A stretch of 64,000 bases of DNA, taken from a virus. Shown in pieces: positions 49,657 through 60,051 of this stretch. Each line of letters opens with the position of its first letter. Position 1 is the first letter of the stretch. The notes under the pieces are model-generated. The model was not told the DNA's origin. It made no database searches and saw nothing but the letters and a program-made list of their open reading frames with translations. Made by a program: the position numbers and the translations under genes. The stretch lies in IMG/VR virus record IMGVR_UViG_3300050343_000218, one strand, 5' to 3'.

Positions 49657-52600
49657 TTATGCGCAAGTGGGGTTACAATCGCCTAGGTAAGAGAACAGAA
49701 CTGGCCACGGAGCAGGGATCTGGAAGTCCAATGCTCTAGGTGCAATTCCATCAGTTACCTTAATTTGTGCAACACCTTCCATACCGATGATCGGTTGTTC
49801 ACCGTGACCACGGTCGCGGAGGGGTTTAATGAAGTTACAGAAGTAATCATTAGATGGTGTAATGCAAGCACCGTTAGAGGTGTATGCAAAATCATAAGTG
49901 TGGTCCTGGCAAGGATCAGCAACTGCCACAAGGTTAATCAAGTCAACCAAATCGAATGGAGACTCAACCAGCTCCACCCACAATGTGTAGACCTTTTGAG
50001 TACCACGTGCAGGGAAGATAGCAGGTTGAATGTCATTCTTAACAGAGAAGTCAACAGGAAGGTTGACGTTAGTGTCACCACGGAAAGGACACTCGCGAAG
50101 TACTCCAGTTGCCGCGGCCAATTGACCACTATAAGTAGAGAAGTCGCCAGTATTAACAATCGTAGGAGCGTTAGCGTGGGCAGGATTATTTGTAGTGTAA
50201 ACAGTTCTAGTACCACTATCAACGTTTTCCATATAAGGGAACTCATTGATCAGACGCAATCTCCAGGTAAACTGACCAGCATCGATTGTGTAAGAGACCG
50301 TCACATCTTGTGACTGGTTGTTACTCACAGTCAGATTCTGTGCACCTTTGTAGTAATCTTGTACTTGCAAGGTGTTGATGTCAATGTAAGGCAGTGCACT
50401 CAAAGGTGCAGGACCCACGTCAATAACGAAAGAGCGAACTAAGACGTTACCAAAGTAATCGCCACAAGTCAGAGTAGTATCAACGAAGCCTTGATCGTGA
50501 CGCAGATAACCATTAGAAACGGTACCAGTCCAACCATTAGCATACTCATACCACCACATACCCATTTCAGGTGGGTTAGCAATAGCACTGATTTCGTTCG
50601 ACACAGAAGATAATGCATCGCCATTACCAACCACAACTTGATAAGCATACGGGTCATTTACACCACTTGGGATGCCCTTACAAGGAAGGTCAGTAACACG
50701 AAGCACAGTACCATCGTTTGCCAACGGAGGCTGTAGTTGTGAAGAAGATTGAACAGGAATTTCAATCTGAGGACCACCATAGTTCACACGAAGTGGGAAG
50801 TCTTCATCGAATGAAACGTAGTTCGCTTCGTAGATGCTAGCACCATCGAGAACACAAGAAGAATGATATGCAGTAGTATTGTTACCGTAATCTCTCCTGG
50901 ATCTATAATGTGGTGACTTGAGAGGAACATAAGTAGAACTGGTGTTAGCAACAGTGTCCCAGTTATAGGACTTAACGCCAGTAGAGGTATCATAACTATA
51001 AAGCTTTCTGTACCAGTTGAACTCGATGTTCTGGTCAGTACAAACAAGATTCACTGGGTAACGACCATCCTTAGGGGATTTGTTACTAGACTGATACGGT
51101 AACGTGTTAGGGAAGTGTGTTAAAGCACCATACTCAGTCACAACAGAGTAAGAACTCGAAGTGATTGATGTAGCGCCAGATTCCATTGTCAGCAGAGGTT
51201 GTGCAGGAACTGCAGGGATATTAGTAAGACCAAGCTGTAACGTATTGGAAAGCAATGCATTGAATACGCTGGTGAAATCAAGGTGCTGTGTAGCAAATGT
51301 AGTACCACCTGCCTGACCGAAGTAGAAGACAGAACCAGCTTGAGCTTCATCAACGATAAGATCGACCCAAGCACCTGGTGTGCCAGGAGTACCGTAACGT
51401 CTAACGTTAGTGCCAATGTATGCACTACCAGTAGCAGATTCTCTCAGTTCTAGGTTCTTACCAACCCAGGAAGCATCGCTAATATCAAAGCGATACGTAG
51501 CACCTTTGGGTACTTCAAACACAGTAGAACCAGACTCGTTAATGACAGTAGCATAGTCATTACCAGTAGCAACTAGATTGAATGTCAAGCGATAACGCAT
51601 CTTGAGGCGGAAGAAATCTTGATCATAATTCCACCATTTGTTAACAATGAGGAAAGAGATTGCAATTTCGTGTCCTGTGACATCTTCAAAAGTCTCATTG
51701 TAAGAGTAGAATTGATCTCTCGCTGCCAAATTATTCTCGAACCAATCGCCTTCTTCAATCTGACAAGATTGACCAGCAGCAACAGGACCAGTAGAATACT
51801 CGTTAATGTTATGCCATATGAAACCTGCACCTTTATCTCCCCAAATTTGCCACTGAGGAAGATAATCAAATTGAGTATTTTCGTAACCAGTTTGATATGC
51901 AAGAACACTGAATGACTTATAGCTCAGAGGACGTGAATACCACTTATTCTCTTCCCAGATAAGATCATCATTAGGTTGTCCGTCTTTCTTAGTGACAGTC
52001 AAGTAATCAATTGTTCTCGAAGCACCACCAGTCTTCAGCGCAACATTCTGTACTGTAACAGTAGTGTTAGTAAGCTGAATAGTATACTCTTGAGTCTGAC
52101 CAGAAATATTTTCTTCTACAGTCAGTGTCAAGTCAAGGGTTGTGTTGTTGATCAACGTACCACTCAAGACACCAGTTTCGGTATCGAATGCAAGACCAGT
52201 ACCAACAATAGAATCACCAGTCAGTGAATAATCTCTATCGAGAATTGTCTCTGCAGCATATGTTCTTAAGAAAGAAACACCAAGCTGAAGGTTGATAACA
52301 TCACCGATGTTAAATGTACCCAAAGCACCTGCAGGTGTGTACCACGTGGTCAACAGGTTGATATAAGGAGAGAACAGACCGCGAACATAACCGCCATCAA
52401 CACCCTTATCTGTAGGAAGGTAAACGATCTCATCACCTTCACCATTTCCAGCATCTTCTTGAGCTTCAGTCTGGAAATATAGTTTGTTGCCAACAGGATT
52501 TTCATCCATCCAGCGTTGGATACCATCAGCACGTTGATGAGTACCGTTCAAATTAGCAATCTTGATCAGATTGCCACCAGTTTCAGACTGAACACCAGTA

Positions 52601-55600
52601 AACTGAGCAGCATCAGGTTCAATTGTAATTCTGCTGTTAGCAGTATCAACATCAGTAATGGTTTGCCAGTATCTCTGAAGCACGTTGAATTGCACACCAC
52701 CAATGTCATAGACATAGGAGGATCCTTCTACAGCATTACCACCAGGATAGACAGGATCTGAGTAGAAGTAGTCACCCATTATGTAAGGATATGCAGGAGC
52801 TCCATTCTGATCTTCAGTGATGAAGTAAGCATAGGTTCCATTCGGATAGTCAGGTGTCACACAGTAGCGACCATTTCTGCTATCAACGTCACCGATGATA
52901 ATACGCTCACCCATATTAGAGTGATTGTAGCAGAAGTAGTACAACACGTGGGGAGCATTTGATGCAGGAGTATACTCAATGCTTCTCAAAGTAGCAGTGT
53001 CAAATCCTGCGACATATTCAGAATATGTTACTACAACATCTTCCAACTTGTACACAACACCGATTGTATAAACAGCGTTAACATCACCAGGAGACGATCC
53101 TGCAACGTGCCAACCTTGTGCTTGAGCATCACCATTAGTTGATAGCAGCATCATATGGCTGGTATTTGAACTATCAGAAAGGTTAAAGGTATACTTTCTA
53201 CCTTTCTTAAAGTTAAATGATGGTTTCTCAGCAGAACCACTTAATGTTCCACCAGAGATATAATAGCGACCACCACTACCACTAACAGTAGCAGCTGCAG
53301 CTTGAACATTGTAAGTAATGTCAGTAATATTATCTTCTTCGCTACCGCCTTGGAATTCAAAGTCTTCGTTAAAAGATCCAATAGGATAGGTTGTTTTGTC
53401 TGGACGTGATCCAAACATATCAGGAACTCTATTCTCTAGTTTCGGCAGATATGCAGGCTTCATACGAATAACCGCACTGCTATTGTCATCACGATCAGAA
53501 TAACCGTAAGGACCATAGATTGGATAACCGTCAAATGTCATACCAAGAATCTTGGAGTGACCGTTAGTATGACGCTTGTAATCACCCTGAACATTGCTGT
53601 TCACGACAGATTGATTACCCATACGTGGATGATTCACACAGACATAATACAGCAATGCAGGAGAGTTTTGAGGAACAACGATTGTAACCGTACGAGTAGT
53701 AGCACTATTGAAGCTATTGCTGAAAGTAACAGCATCAACTGCAGCACCATCCAATCTGTAAGTAACACCATCGCTATAACGAACACCACCATTATGAATA
53801 CCATCATCAGTGGTGGAGAAGTACATCGGGTGATTATCATTAGAAGAATCACTTAGATCAAAGATGTAAGTGTTACCTCTAGTGAAGTCCAGTTGTGGAG
53901 CTTCAACGTTAACGGTGTACGTATCACCACGGAGTACATAGTTATTAAGACTACCTTGATTGTAGTAAGGAGCTGATGCTGACTTAGTATCAGTGGTAAT
54001 AATATAGTTAACAGTACGATATCCTAGATCGTAGTAAGATTGAGACAGATAGTTAGAACCAGAAACAGCAACGGTGCCGTATGCACTCAACAGTTTGCTT
54101 GAGTTATAACCATAAACGTTAGCAGCACTTGGATAACCACCATAAGAGTCTTCACCCACGAGGTTACCATTAGTAACTGTATTGTATGTCCAACCAGGAG
54201 TAGGACCATTCTCGAAGGAATAGTGGTACAGGAATGTACCAGTAGTAGTAATACCGAAAGCATTTACACTGCGTAAAGGCTTCATCTCTACCAAGCTGGC
54301 AGATGCATAGTTAGTACCACCTCTCCAGTTAAAGTTCTGGTTAAAGGATTGCTTATCAATACTATTTGGGTTACCTGCAGTAATAGCAATCTGTGCAACA
54401 GATGTTGCTTGCACACCACCACTAACGTTTGGAGGATTAATAGTAACAGTAGGAGAAGTTGTGTATCCAGAACCCTGTTCAATCAAGTTAAGACCAGAAA
54501 CATAACCATCTAGCACTGAGATATTAGGAGATGCTACTGTACCAACACCGCCGCCACCACTAAATGTGATGTTAGCGTAAGTATAACCAACACCTTGATC
54601 AGTTACATTAATAGTATCAACTACACCAATTTGTGTACCAATCGTACACACAGAAGATGCAGGTTGCTCAAAGATTGGGTTTTGCGGTGCAGTGTCAGCT
54701 TCAGTGACTGGTTCGCCGTAGTACCTATCTCCTAGAATATATGGGAATGCAGGATTAGCAGAAGCATCGAATGTAGTGAAGTATGCATATGTGCCGCCAG
54801 GGAATTCAGGAGTGACACAGTAGCGACCATTGCAACGATCTAAGTTGCCACCACCAAGGTACTGATAGTCTTCCACAAATGAACCCATCGGATATGCCGT
54901 AGTAGACGGAGCATAACCAACTGGTTCAGTCAGAGTAATCGTACCTGTCATTGCCTGATGATTTTCGCAGACGTAATAATAAGTTCCAGGGGCTGTAGTT
55001 GTAGTACTCCACAACAACGTAGCATTGTAGCTACCATTGTTAACAACACCAGCAACAACTTGTGCAGGGTTATAAGGTGCAGGAACTTTCTGAATCCAGA
55101 AAGGATGAGTAATTGTAGTTCCACCGCCACCACCAGCAGACTGGATAGTGATAGTACCGACCATACCGCCGTGATACTCACACTGATAATAGTAAGTACC
55201 AGCAGAACCAATACCTGGAGTCCAAGCGACAGTACCAGACTGAGTACCTTGATTACTAACACCAGAGATTTGATTGCCAGTACCAGTACCAGCTGCAGTT
55301 TTTAGATAGAATGGGTGACCAGATGCAGACACCGTGAAGTTAATAGTATCACCTTCATAGAATGTCAGACTAGGATCAGATCCACTAACGTTGCCAGTTC
55401 TATCAGAACCAGAGACAGTGTAATCGCTAAAACCACTTGCAGTAACAACTAAGTTATAAGTTGCAGGTGTACTACCACCGCCACCACCAGTAGTATAAGA
55501 AGCATTGACGTTGAACACAAGGTTGTCGCCAATGTTAGCAGCGATTGCAATATCACTACCAATTGCTTCTCCAGTAAAATCAAAGTCTAAGCTATCATCA

Positions 55601-58600
55601 GCAGTAACACCCCAGGTGTACGTAGATCCACTATATTGTGTCCCATCACGCTCTCCCTTAACACCCCAAGAACTTTGCATTCTTGAAAGTGTGGTGGGTG
55701 AACCAGGACTTGAATAACCAATAGGACCGTAGATTGGATAACCATCGTATGCATAACCAATCACAGGAGAGTGATGAGTTGCATTAATAATATCTGCAGT
55801 TGTATGCGAAGGAAGAGCTGCAGTGTTTGTAGTTGTAGTCACAGATGCAGCATTGCCGTATCCAGAATACAATGAGCAGTAGTAGTAGAGATTAGGGGTG
55901 TCAGGTTGAACTTGAAGATATAAACCTGTACCAGATACACCGTCACCAGGTGTACCTTGATAACGATATCCAATCTCGTATGCAACACCGCCTTGAGTAT
56001 GCACACCATCCTGAGTTTCAGAGATTCTGAAAGGATAACCAGCGTTACTTACATCACTCTGATCAAAGTAATAAGTATTACCTTCAGTGAGAATGATATT
56101 AGGTGTCAGACCATTGTTAAGGTAGTACTTGTTACCACCACCAGGATCATTAATGGTTACAGTATAGGTTGTAGAAGAACCTTTCCAAGTATTAACTAAG
56201 AAATTACCTGTAATGTAGTGATACATACCAGAACCATCTACAACACCGCTACCATTATCAGCGCCAAATGCAGTAGAGTTGAAAATTTTGTTGAAGGTAT
56301 ATCCATCAGGACAACCAGTACCATCAGGCAAATCAACATTCAAACCGTGCGAAAGATGACGCAGTTGTACACCATTCAGCGCCATACCAATAGAAGGTTG
56401 AGCTAAAGTAGATGTAGGAGATTCATCGGAAATATTTCTACCACCACGATAAACCCAGGTATGGTTGTAAGACTGACCTGTAATAGTATTGGAGTTATTG
56501 CTATTTGGGAAAGCTCCATACAATGCAGGTTGAGGCAGGTTATCTGCAATAACCGTCAGCAATCTTGTAGTCTGATTCAGTGACGAAGAGGTAGTAGAAC
56601 CACCGCCAGACACGAAAGAACTATCAGGAGCGTGGATAGTGTTACCTTGATTAGCTGCAGCAGAGATTGCAATGCCAACAGTAGGTGCCTCAGAATATCC
56701 TGATCCAGGATTAGAAATATTAACCGCACTAACGATACCATCAGTAATGACAGCTACAGCAGTAGCACCAGATCCACCACCACCAGTAAATGTAACTGCA
56801 GGAAGGTTTAGAGGATTATAACCAGAACCACCATTAGTAACCGTAACAGAATCAATACCACCACCAGTTAGAGAGATAACAGCTGTTGCAGTTGCGCCAG
56901 TACCATCACCAGCGATATCAACAGTAGGAGCTTCGGTATATCCAGCACCACTTTGATCAACGTTGATGCTTGTAATATTACCACCAGTCAGTGTGATGTC
57001 TGCGGTTGCAGTTGCACCAGTACCGCCACCACCAGTAAATGCAACAGATGGGACAATAGTATAACCAGAACCTTGATTCTGGATAGACAAGGTAGAAACA
57101 TAACCAGTAGTACCACCAGAAGGGAATACACCAGCAAGACCAGGAGCAGGATCGTTATCAGTGACAAGATTCAACAATCCGCCAGCTTGATAATATGCTG
57201 CTGTCGGTGATCCATCACTACTAACCCAAACGTCAGTGATGATATCCACTGAAGGAACTGCCTCAGGGATACGGAACTGCATCTTATCACCAACAGTAGC
57301 ATCGAATCTAGAGAATTCACTACCCAATGTGATAGACATTTCATTGGTGCCAGCACCAACAGCAATGTAAGTATTGATGCCATCGAGAGTAATCTCATCG
57401 ATGTCATTAGTAGGATAAACGTTTACACTACCACCACCATATTCTTCACCAACAGCGGATTGCGTTCTCTCGTAATCCCAATCAATTTCTCTACGAATCC
57501 ACTCTTTAGCAAGTTTAGGAACAGATTTGCCTTCATATGTTGCTCTGTTCTCATATCCTTTCTTGCCCAAATACTGCGCGATAACGCCAGCAGTCAGAGG
57601 ACCAGAGAATGAAGTACCACGAATATAAGCATAATAAATGGAACCAACAGAGCTGTAAGAACTGTTGGTGTTCCAATAATACTGAGGGCAGTAAATTGAT
57701 TCTCCAGGACCACTGGTGGTAACACCAGTACCATAGTTTGAGAATCCTGAGAATGTATTATTATATGCCGTAGCACCGACAGAAATCTTGTCGCTAATAC
57801 CCTCCATATTATATCTGTAGTCCTGAGGACCAGCAGTACGAGGACCAGGATTAAACTTAGCTTGGAATCCACCGTACTTAAAGTTATAACCGTAACCGTT
57901 ACCAGCAGAGCGAACGAATACGATTCCGTTTTCTACACAAAGATTTTCATAGTCGTCCATAGCAGTGTCTGCTTCATATGAACCACTATCGAATCCAGGT
58001 TCGTTCTGAGGAACGTAACGATAGACTTCAGACGGAATAGTACCAACACCCAGAGAAGCATTGATAATAGCTGGTCTAGTACTTCCTTTATAGTTAGGAT
58101 GAGCAGGATCGTTATGGTTGATGATTGCTAGTAGAGCAAACACATATGTGGACAATAGACCACTACCAGCGCTGTTCTGACATTTCAGTGCATAGAATCT
58201 AGTCTTACGTGCAACACCGTGCTCCAGACCACCAATTAGAATGGCACATTGACTACCGTGACCATTGTCATCTTCGTTAGAGTTTGCCTCACCATTTACA
58301 GTGTATCCTGAATTGTATCCAGGAACTTCATAGACACGATATTCAGCCTGATTAATAGCAGTATTGTAGTCATCAGCATAATCAGGGTGGAATAGTTCAG
58401 GGTGCAAGTTAGCACCAGTAACGTTAGTAGGACGTGATGCACCACGAATACCAGTATCAATAACATAACAGTCAACACCCTCACCGTGCTCGGTGTAAGA
58501 GTACAGACCATAATTCAGTGAATTTTGTTGCTGAGTGATACGTGCAAGATACCACTTACTAAAGATTGCGACTTTACAATGATCGGTAGCATTTAAGAAT

Positions 58601-59346
58601 CCACCGCCACGCAAACCAACTCTTGAGGTTTCGTTAGCATAAAGATAAAGCTGCTGCGGAGTTGTCTGCGAAACAGTTAGTGTTACTTCAGCACCAGTGG
58701 TACCAGGAGTAGCAGTTCTGGAGACACCAACCACATAGTTAGTACCGCCATTATGAGTACCATCAGGAGTCTCAGAGAAAGCTAAAGTATAACCAAAGTT
58801 AGAGTTATCAGAAACATCAATAACTAATTCGTGTCCAGGAAAAACATATGTCAGGTCAGGAGCTTGTGATCCGTTGATGTATAACTTAGGACCACTAGTA
58901 GTATTAACAACAGTAGCAGCGATTGAATACTGAGTACCAGAACCAACGTTATAAGGAATAACGTTGCCGTAATCGCTAGGTTTAATTTGACGTGCTAGCG
59001 CATCAATGTCTTCGTTGTCAGTTGATAAAGACTCTGCAATTGCTCTTCTATCAAAAGAACCACCTTGCACATCAACTTCTTCTAATCCATATGTCTGTGA
59101 ATCATCAGTTTCTACCCCCGTTAGGTAAATTTCTCTATCCCAAACAGCTCCAATAACCTCAGGGAATTCATCTCCCTTTAATATTTGTACAAAGTTATCG
59201 TCTTTTACGTCGAAATCTAAGAATAAAGTCTTAAGACGACTCAGATCTTCGGTGTTCTGAAGTGATGTAAAACGCTGTTTCGCTCTTTCGATGACAGCGC
59301 TGGCTTGATTTTCCTTAGAAATTCTCGCAATAATTCTATTGCTCAT
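49657..59346 (-). CDS. Giant multidomain virion protein: S8 subtilisin-like protease + YHYH domains + cupredoxin-like modules (3229 aa)
   Basis: S8 motifs VIDTG / GHGSQCA / SAGN / GTSFSGP. YHYH-family motifs SPVIGYAYDGYPIYGP and NGRYCVTPEFP. Four CxxHxxM motifs. Preceded by a late promoter. Confidence 0.88.
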   Translation of the reverse strand: MSNRIIARISKENQASAVIERAKQRFTSLQNTEDLSRLKTLFLDFDVKDDNFVQILKGDEFPEVIGAVWDREIYLTGVETDDSQTYGLEEVDVQGGSFDRRAIAESLSTDNEDIDALARQIKPSDYGNVIPYNVGSGTQYSIAATVVNTTSGPKLYINGSQAPDLTYVFPGHELVIDVSDNSNFGYTLAFSETPDGTHNGGTNYVVGVSRTATPGTTGAEVTLTVSQTTPQQLYLYANETSRVGLRGGGFLNATDHCKVAIFSKWYLARITQQQNSLNYGLYSYTEHGEGVDCYVIDTGIRGASRPTNVTGANLHPELFHPDYADDYNTAINQAEYRVYEVPGYNSGYTVNGEANSNEDDNGHGSQCAILIGGLEHGVARKTRFYALKCQNSAGSGLLSTYVFALLAIINHNDPAHPNYKGSTRPAIINASLGVGTIPSEVYRYVPQNEPGFDSGSYEADTAMDDYENLCVENGIVFVRSAGNGYGYNFKYGGFQAKFNPGPRTAGPQDYRYNMEGISDKISVGATAYNNTFSGFSNYGTGVTTSGPGESIYCPQYYWNTNSSYSSVGSIYYAYIRGTSFSGPLTAGVIAQYLGKKGYENRATYEGKSVPKLAKEWIRREIDWDYERTQSAVGEEYGGGSVNVYPTNDIDEITLDGINTYIAVGAGTNEMSITLGSEFSRFDATVGDKMQFRIPEAVPSVDIITDVWVSSDGSPTAAYYQAGGLLNLVTDNDPAPGLAGVFPSGGTTGYVSTLSIQNQGSGYTIVPSVAFTGGGGTGATATADITLTGGNITSINVDQSGAGYTEAPTVDIAGDGTGATATAVISLTGGGIDSVTVTNGGSGYNPLNLPAVTFTGGGGSGATAVAVITDGIVSAVNISNPGSGYSEAPTVGIAISAAANQGNTIHAPDSSFVSGGGSTTSSSLNQTTRLLTVIADNLPQPALYGAFPNSNNSNTITGQSYNHTWVYRGGRNISDESPTSTLAQPSIGMALNGVQLRHLSHGLNVDLPDGTGCPDGYTFNKIFNSTAFGADNGSGVVDGSGMYHYITGNFLVNTWKGSSTTYTVTINDPGGGNKYYLNNGLTPNIILTEGNTYYFDQSDVSNAGYPFRISETQDGVHTQGGVAYEIGYRYQGTPGDGVSGTGLYLQVQPDTPNLYYYCSLYSGYGNAASVTTTTNTAALPSHTTADIINATHHSPVIGYAYDGYPIYGPIGYSSPGSPTTLSRMQSSWGVKGERDGTQYSGSTYTWGVTADDSLDFDFTGEAIGSDIAIAANIGDNLVFNVNASYTTGGGGGSTPATYNLVVTASGFSDYTVSGSDRTGNVSGSDPSLTFYEGDTINFTVSASGHPFYLKTAAGTGTGNQISGVSNQGTQSGTVAWTPGIGSAGTYYYQCEYHGGMVGTITIQSAGGGGGTTITHPFWIQKVPAPYNPAQVVAGVVNNGSYNATLLWSTTTTAPGTYYYVCENHQAMTGTITLTEPVGYAPSTTAYPMGSFVEDYQYLGGGNLDRCNGRYCVTPEFPGGTYAYFTTFDASANPAFPYILGDRYYGEPVTEADTAPQNPIFEQPASSVCTIGTQIGVVDTINVTDQGVGYTYANITFSGGGGVGTVASPNISVLDGYVSGLNLIEQGSGYTTSPTVTINPPNVSGGVQATSVAQIAITAGNPNSIDKQSFNQNFNWRGGTNYASASLVEMKPLRSVNAFGITTTGTFLYHYSFENGPTPGWTYNTVTNGNLVGEDSYGGYPSAANVYGYNSSKLLSAYGTVAVSGSNYLSQSYYDLGYRTVNYIITTDTKSASAPYYNQGSLNNYVLRGDTYTVNVEAPQLDFTRGNTYIFDLSDSSNDNHPMYFSTTDDGIHNGGVRYSDGVTYRLDGAAVDAVTFSNSFNSATTRTVTIVVPQNSPALLYYVCVNHPRMGNQSVVNSNVQGDYKRHTNGHSKILGMTFDGYPIYGPYGYSDRDDNSSAVIRMKPAYLPKLENRVPDMFGSRPDKTTYPIGSFNEDFEFQGGSEEDNITDITYNVQAAAATVSGSGGRYYISGGTLSGSAEKPSFNFKKGRKYTFNLSDSSNTSHMMLLSTNGDAQAQGWHVAGSSPGDVNAVYTIGVVYKLEDVVVTYSEYVAGFDTATLRSIEYTPASNAPHVLYYFCYNHSNMGERIIIGDVDSRNGRYCVTPDYPNGTYAYFITEDQNGAPAYPYIMGDYFYSDPVYPGGNAVEGSSYVYDIGGVQFNVLQRYWQTITDVDTANSRITIEPDAAQFTGVQSETGGNLIKIANLNGTHQRADGIQRWMDENPVGNKLYFQTEAQEDAGNGEGDEIVYLPTDKGVDGGYVRGLFSPYINLLTTWYTPAGALGTFNIGDVINLQLGVSFLRTYAAETILDRDYSLTGDSIVGTGLAFDTETGVLSGTLINNTTLDLTLTVEENISGQTQEYTIQLTNTTVTVQNVALKTGGASRTIDYLTVTKKDGQPNDDLIWEENKWYSRPLSYKSFSVLAYQTGYENTQFDYLPQWQIWGDKGAGFIWHNINEYSTGPVAAGQSCQIEEGDWFENNLAARDQFYSYNETFEDVTGHEIAISFLIVNKWWNYDQDFFRLKMRYRLTFNLVATGNDYATVINESGSTVFEVPKGATYRFDISDASWVGKNLELRESATGSAYIGTNVRRYGTPGTPGAWVDLIVDEAQAGSVFYFGQAGGTTFATQHLDFTSVFNALLSNTLQLGLTNIPAVPAQPLLTMESGATSITSSSYSVVTEYGALTHFPNTLPYQSSNKSPKDGRYPVNLVCTDQNIEFNWYRKLYSYDTSTGVKSYNWDTVANTSSTYVPLKSPHYRSRRDYGNNTTAYHSSCVLDGASIYEANYVSFDEDFPLRVNYGGPQIEIPVQSSSQLQPPLANDGTVLRVTDLPCKGIPSGVNDPYAYQVVVGNGDALSSVSNEISAIANPPEMGMWWYEYANGWTGTVSNGYLRHDQGFVDTTLTCGDYFGNVLVRSFVIDVGPAPLSALPYIDINTLQVQDYYKGAQNLTVSNNQSQDVTVSYTIDAGQFTWRLRLINEFPYMENVDSGTRTVYTTNNPAHANAPTIVNTGDFSTYSGQLAAATGVLRECPFRGDTNVNLPVDFSVKNDIQPAIFPARGTQKVYTLWVELVESPFDLVDLINLVAVADPCQDHTYDFAYTSNGACITPSNDYFCNFIKPLRDRGHGEQPIIGMEGVAQIKVTDGIAPRALDFQIPAPWPVLFSYLGDCNPTCA

Positions 59347-59380
59347 TGCACGAATTGAATACAGTACTTTCCCTGAAAGT

Positions 59381-59388
59381 TATTTATG
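59381..59388 (-). promoter_or_regulatory. Late promoter CATAAATA
   Basis: Plus strand tatttatg, 35 nt upstream of the 3229-aa gene start. Confidence 0.7.
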
Positions 59389-60049
59389 ATCTCAGATCGC
59401 CTTTAGTTCGTAGTAAATGCATTTTCTGTTCGTCTATGATTCTAACCATTTCCCATTCAGGAGAATCTGGACTGTATTCTGTATTAGTAATACATTCTTG
59501 CATTCTTGCAAATGCCAGACGATCCATAGGATCTTTGAGTCTAGACTGAGCCCAAAGCACTGCTACTTTCCTTTCACCAGCAGTTACAGGTTTAACTCTA
59601 TGTGGTATTCCAGTAGGGTAACTAAATGCCCACCCTGCTGGTAACTTAACACTAATCAGTTCAGTGCCAAGTTTAATCTCCAATTCCCCACCTTCATAGT
59701 CTTCATTTAAAAAAACTGTGGTACTAACATCAGATCGTAAATCTTGATTAGAACCCATATGTGCGTGATCGGTATGCCAATCATAATGGCATCCTACACC
59801 ATACTTACAAAAATGTGGTAACGTATAAGCACAGCTCAGCATTGAGTCGCGTACAACATCACAATTATCCATAGAACCTTCCAATATACTCCAGCACGCA
59901 TATGCAGACTGTTTGTCTATTTGGAAATTATTCTTTACTCGTTTATCGCTACTGCCAGATTCTTTACCATCCTCCCAGGTACCAGCATCACAAAGATTTA
60001 ATATATGCCCGACTTGGACGGAATTCAAAAGTTCATAACGATAAAACAT
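59384..60049 (-). CDS. PKHD-type (PiuC/YbiX-like) 2OG-Fe(II) hydroxylase
   Basis: YDWHTD...STTVFLNEDYEGGELEI...YPTGIPHRVKPVTAGERKVAVLWAQS. Confidence 0.9.
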   Translation of the reverse strand: MFYRYELLNSVQVGHILNLCDAGTWEDGKESGSSDKRVKNNFQIDKQSAYACWSILEGSMDNCDVVRDSMLSCAYTLPHFCKYGVGCHYDWHTDHAHMGSNQDLRSDVSTTVFLNEDYEGGELEIKLGTELISVKLPAGWAFSYPTGIPHRVKPVTAGERKVAVLWAQSRLKDPMDRLAFARMQECITNTEYSPDSPEWEMVRIIDEQKMHLLRTKGDLRS

Positions 60050-60051
60050 AA

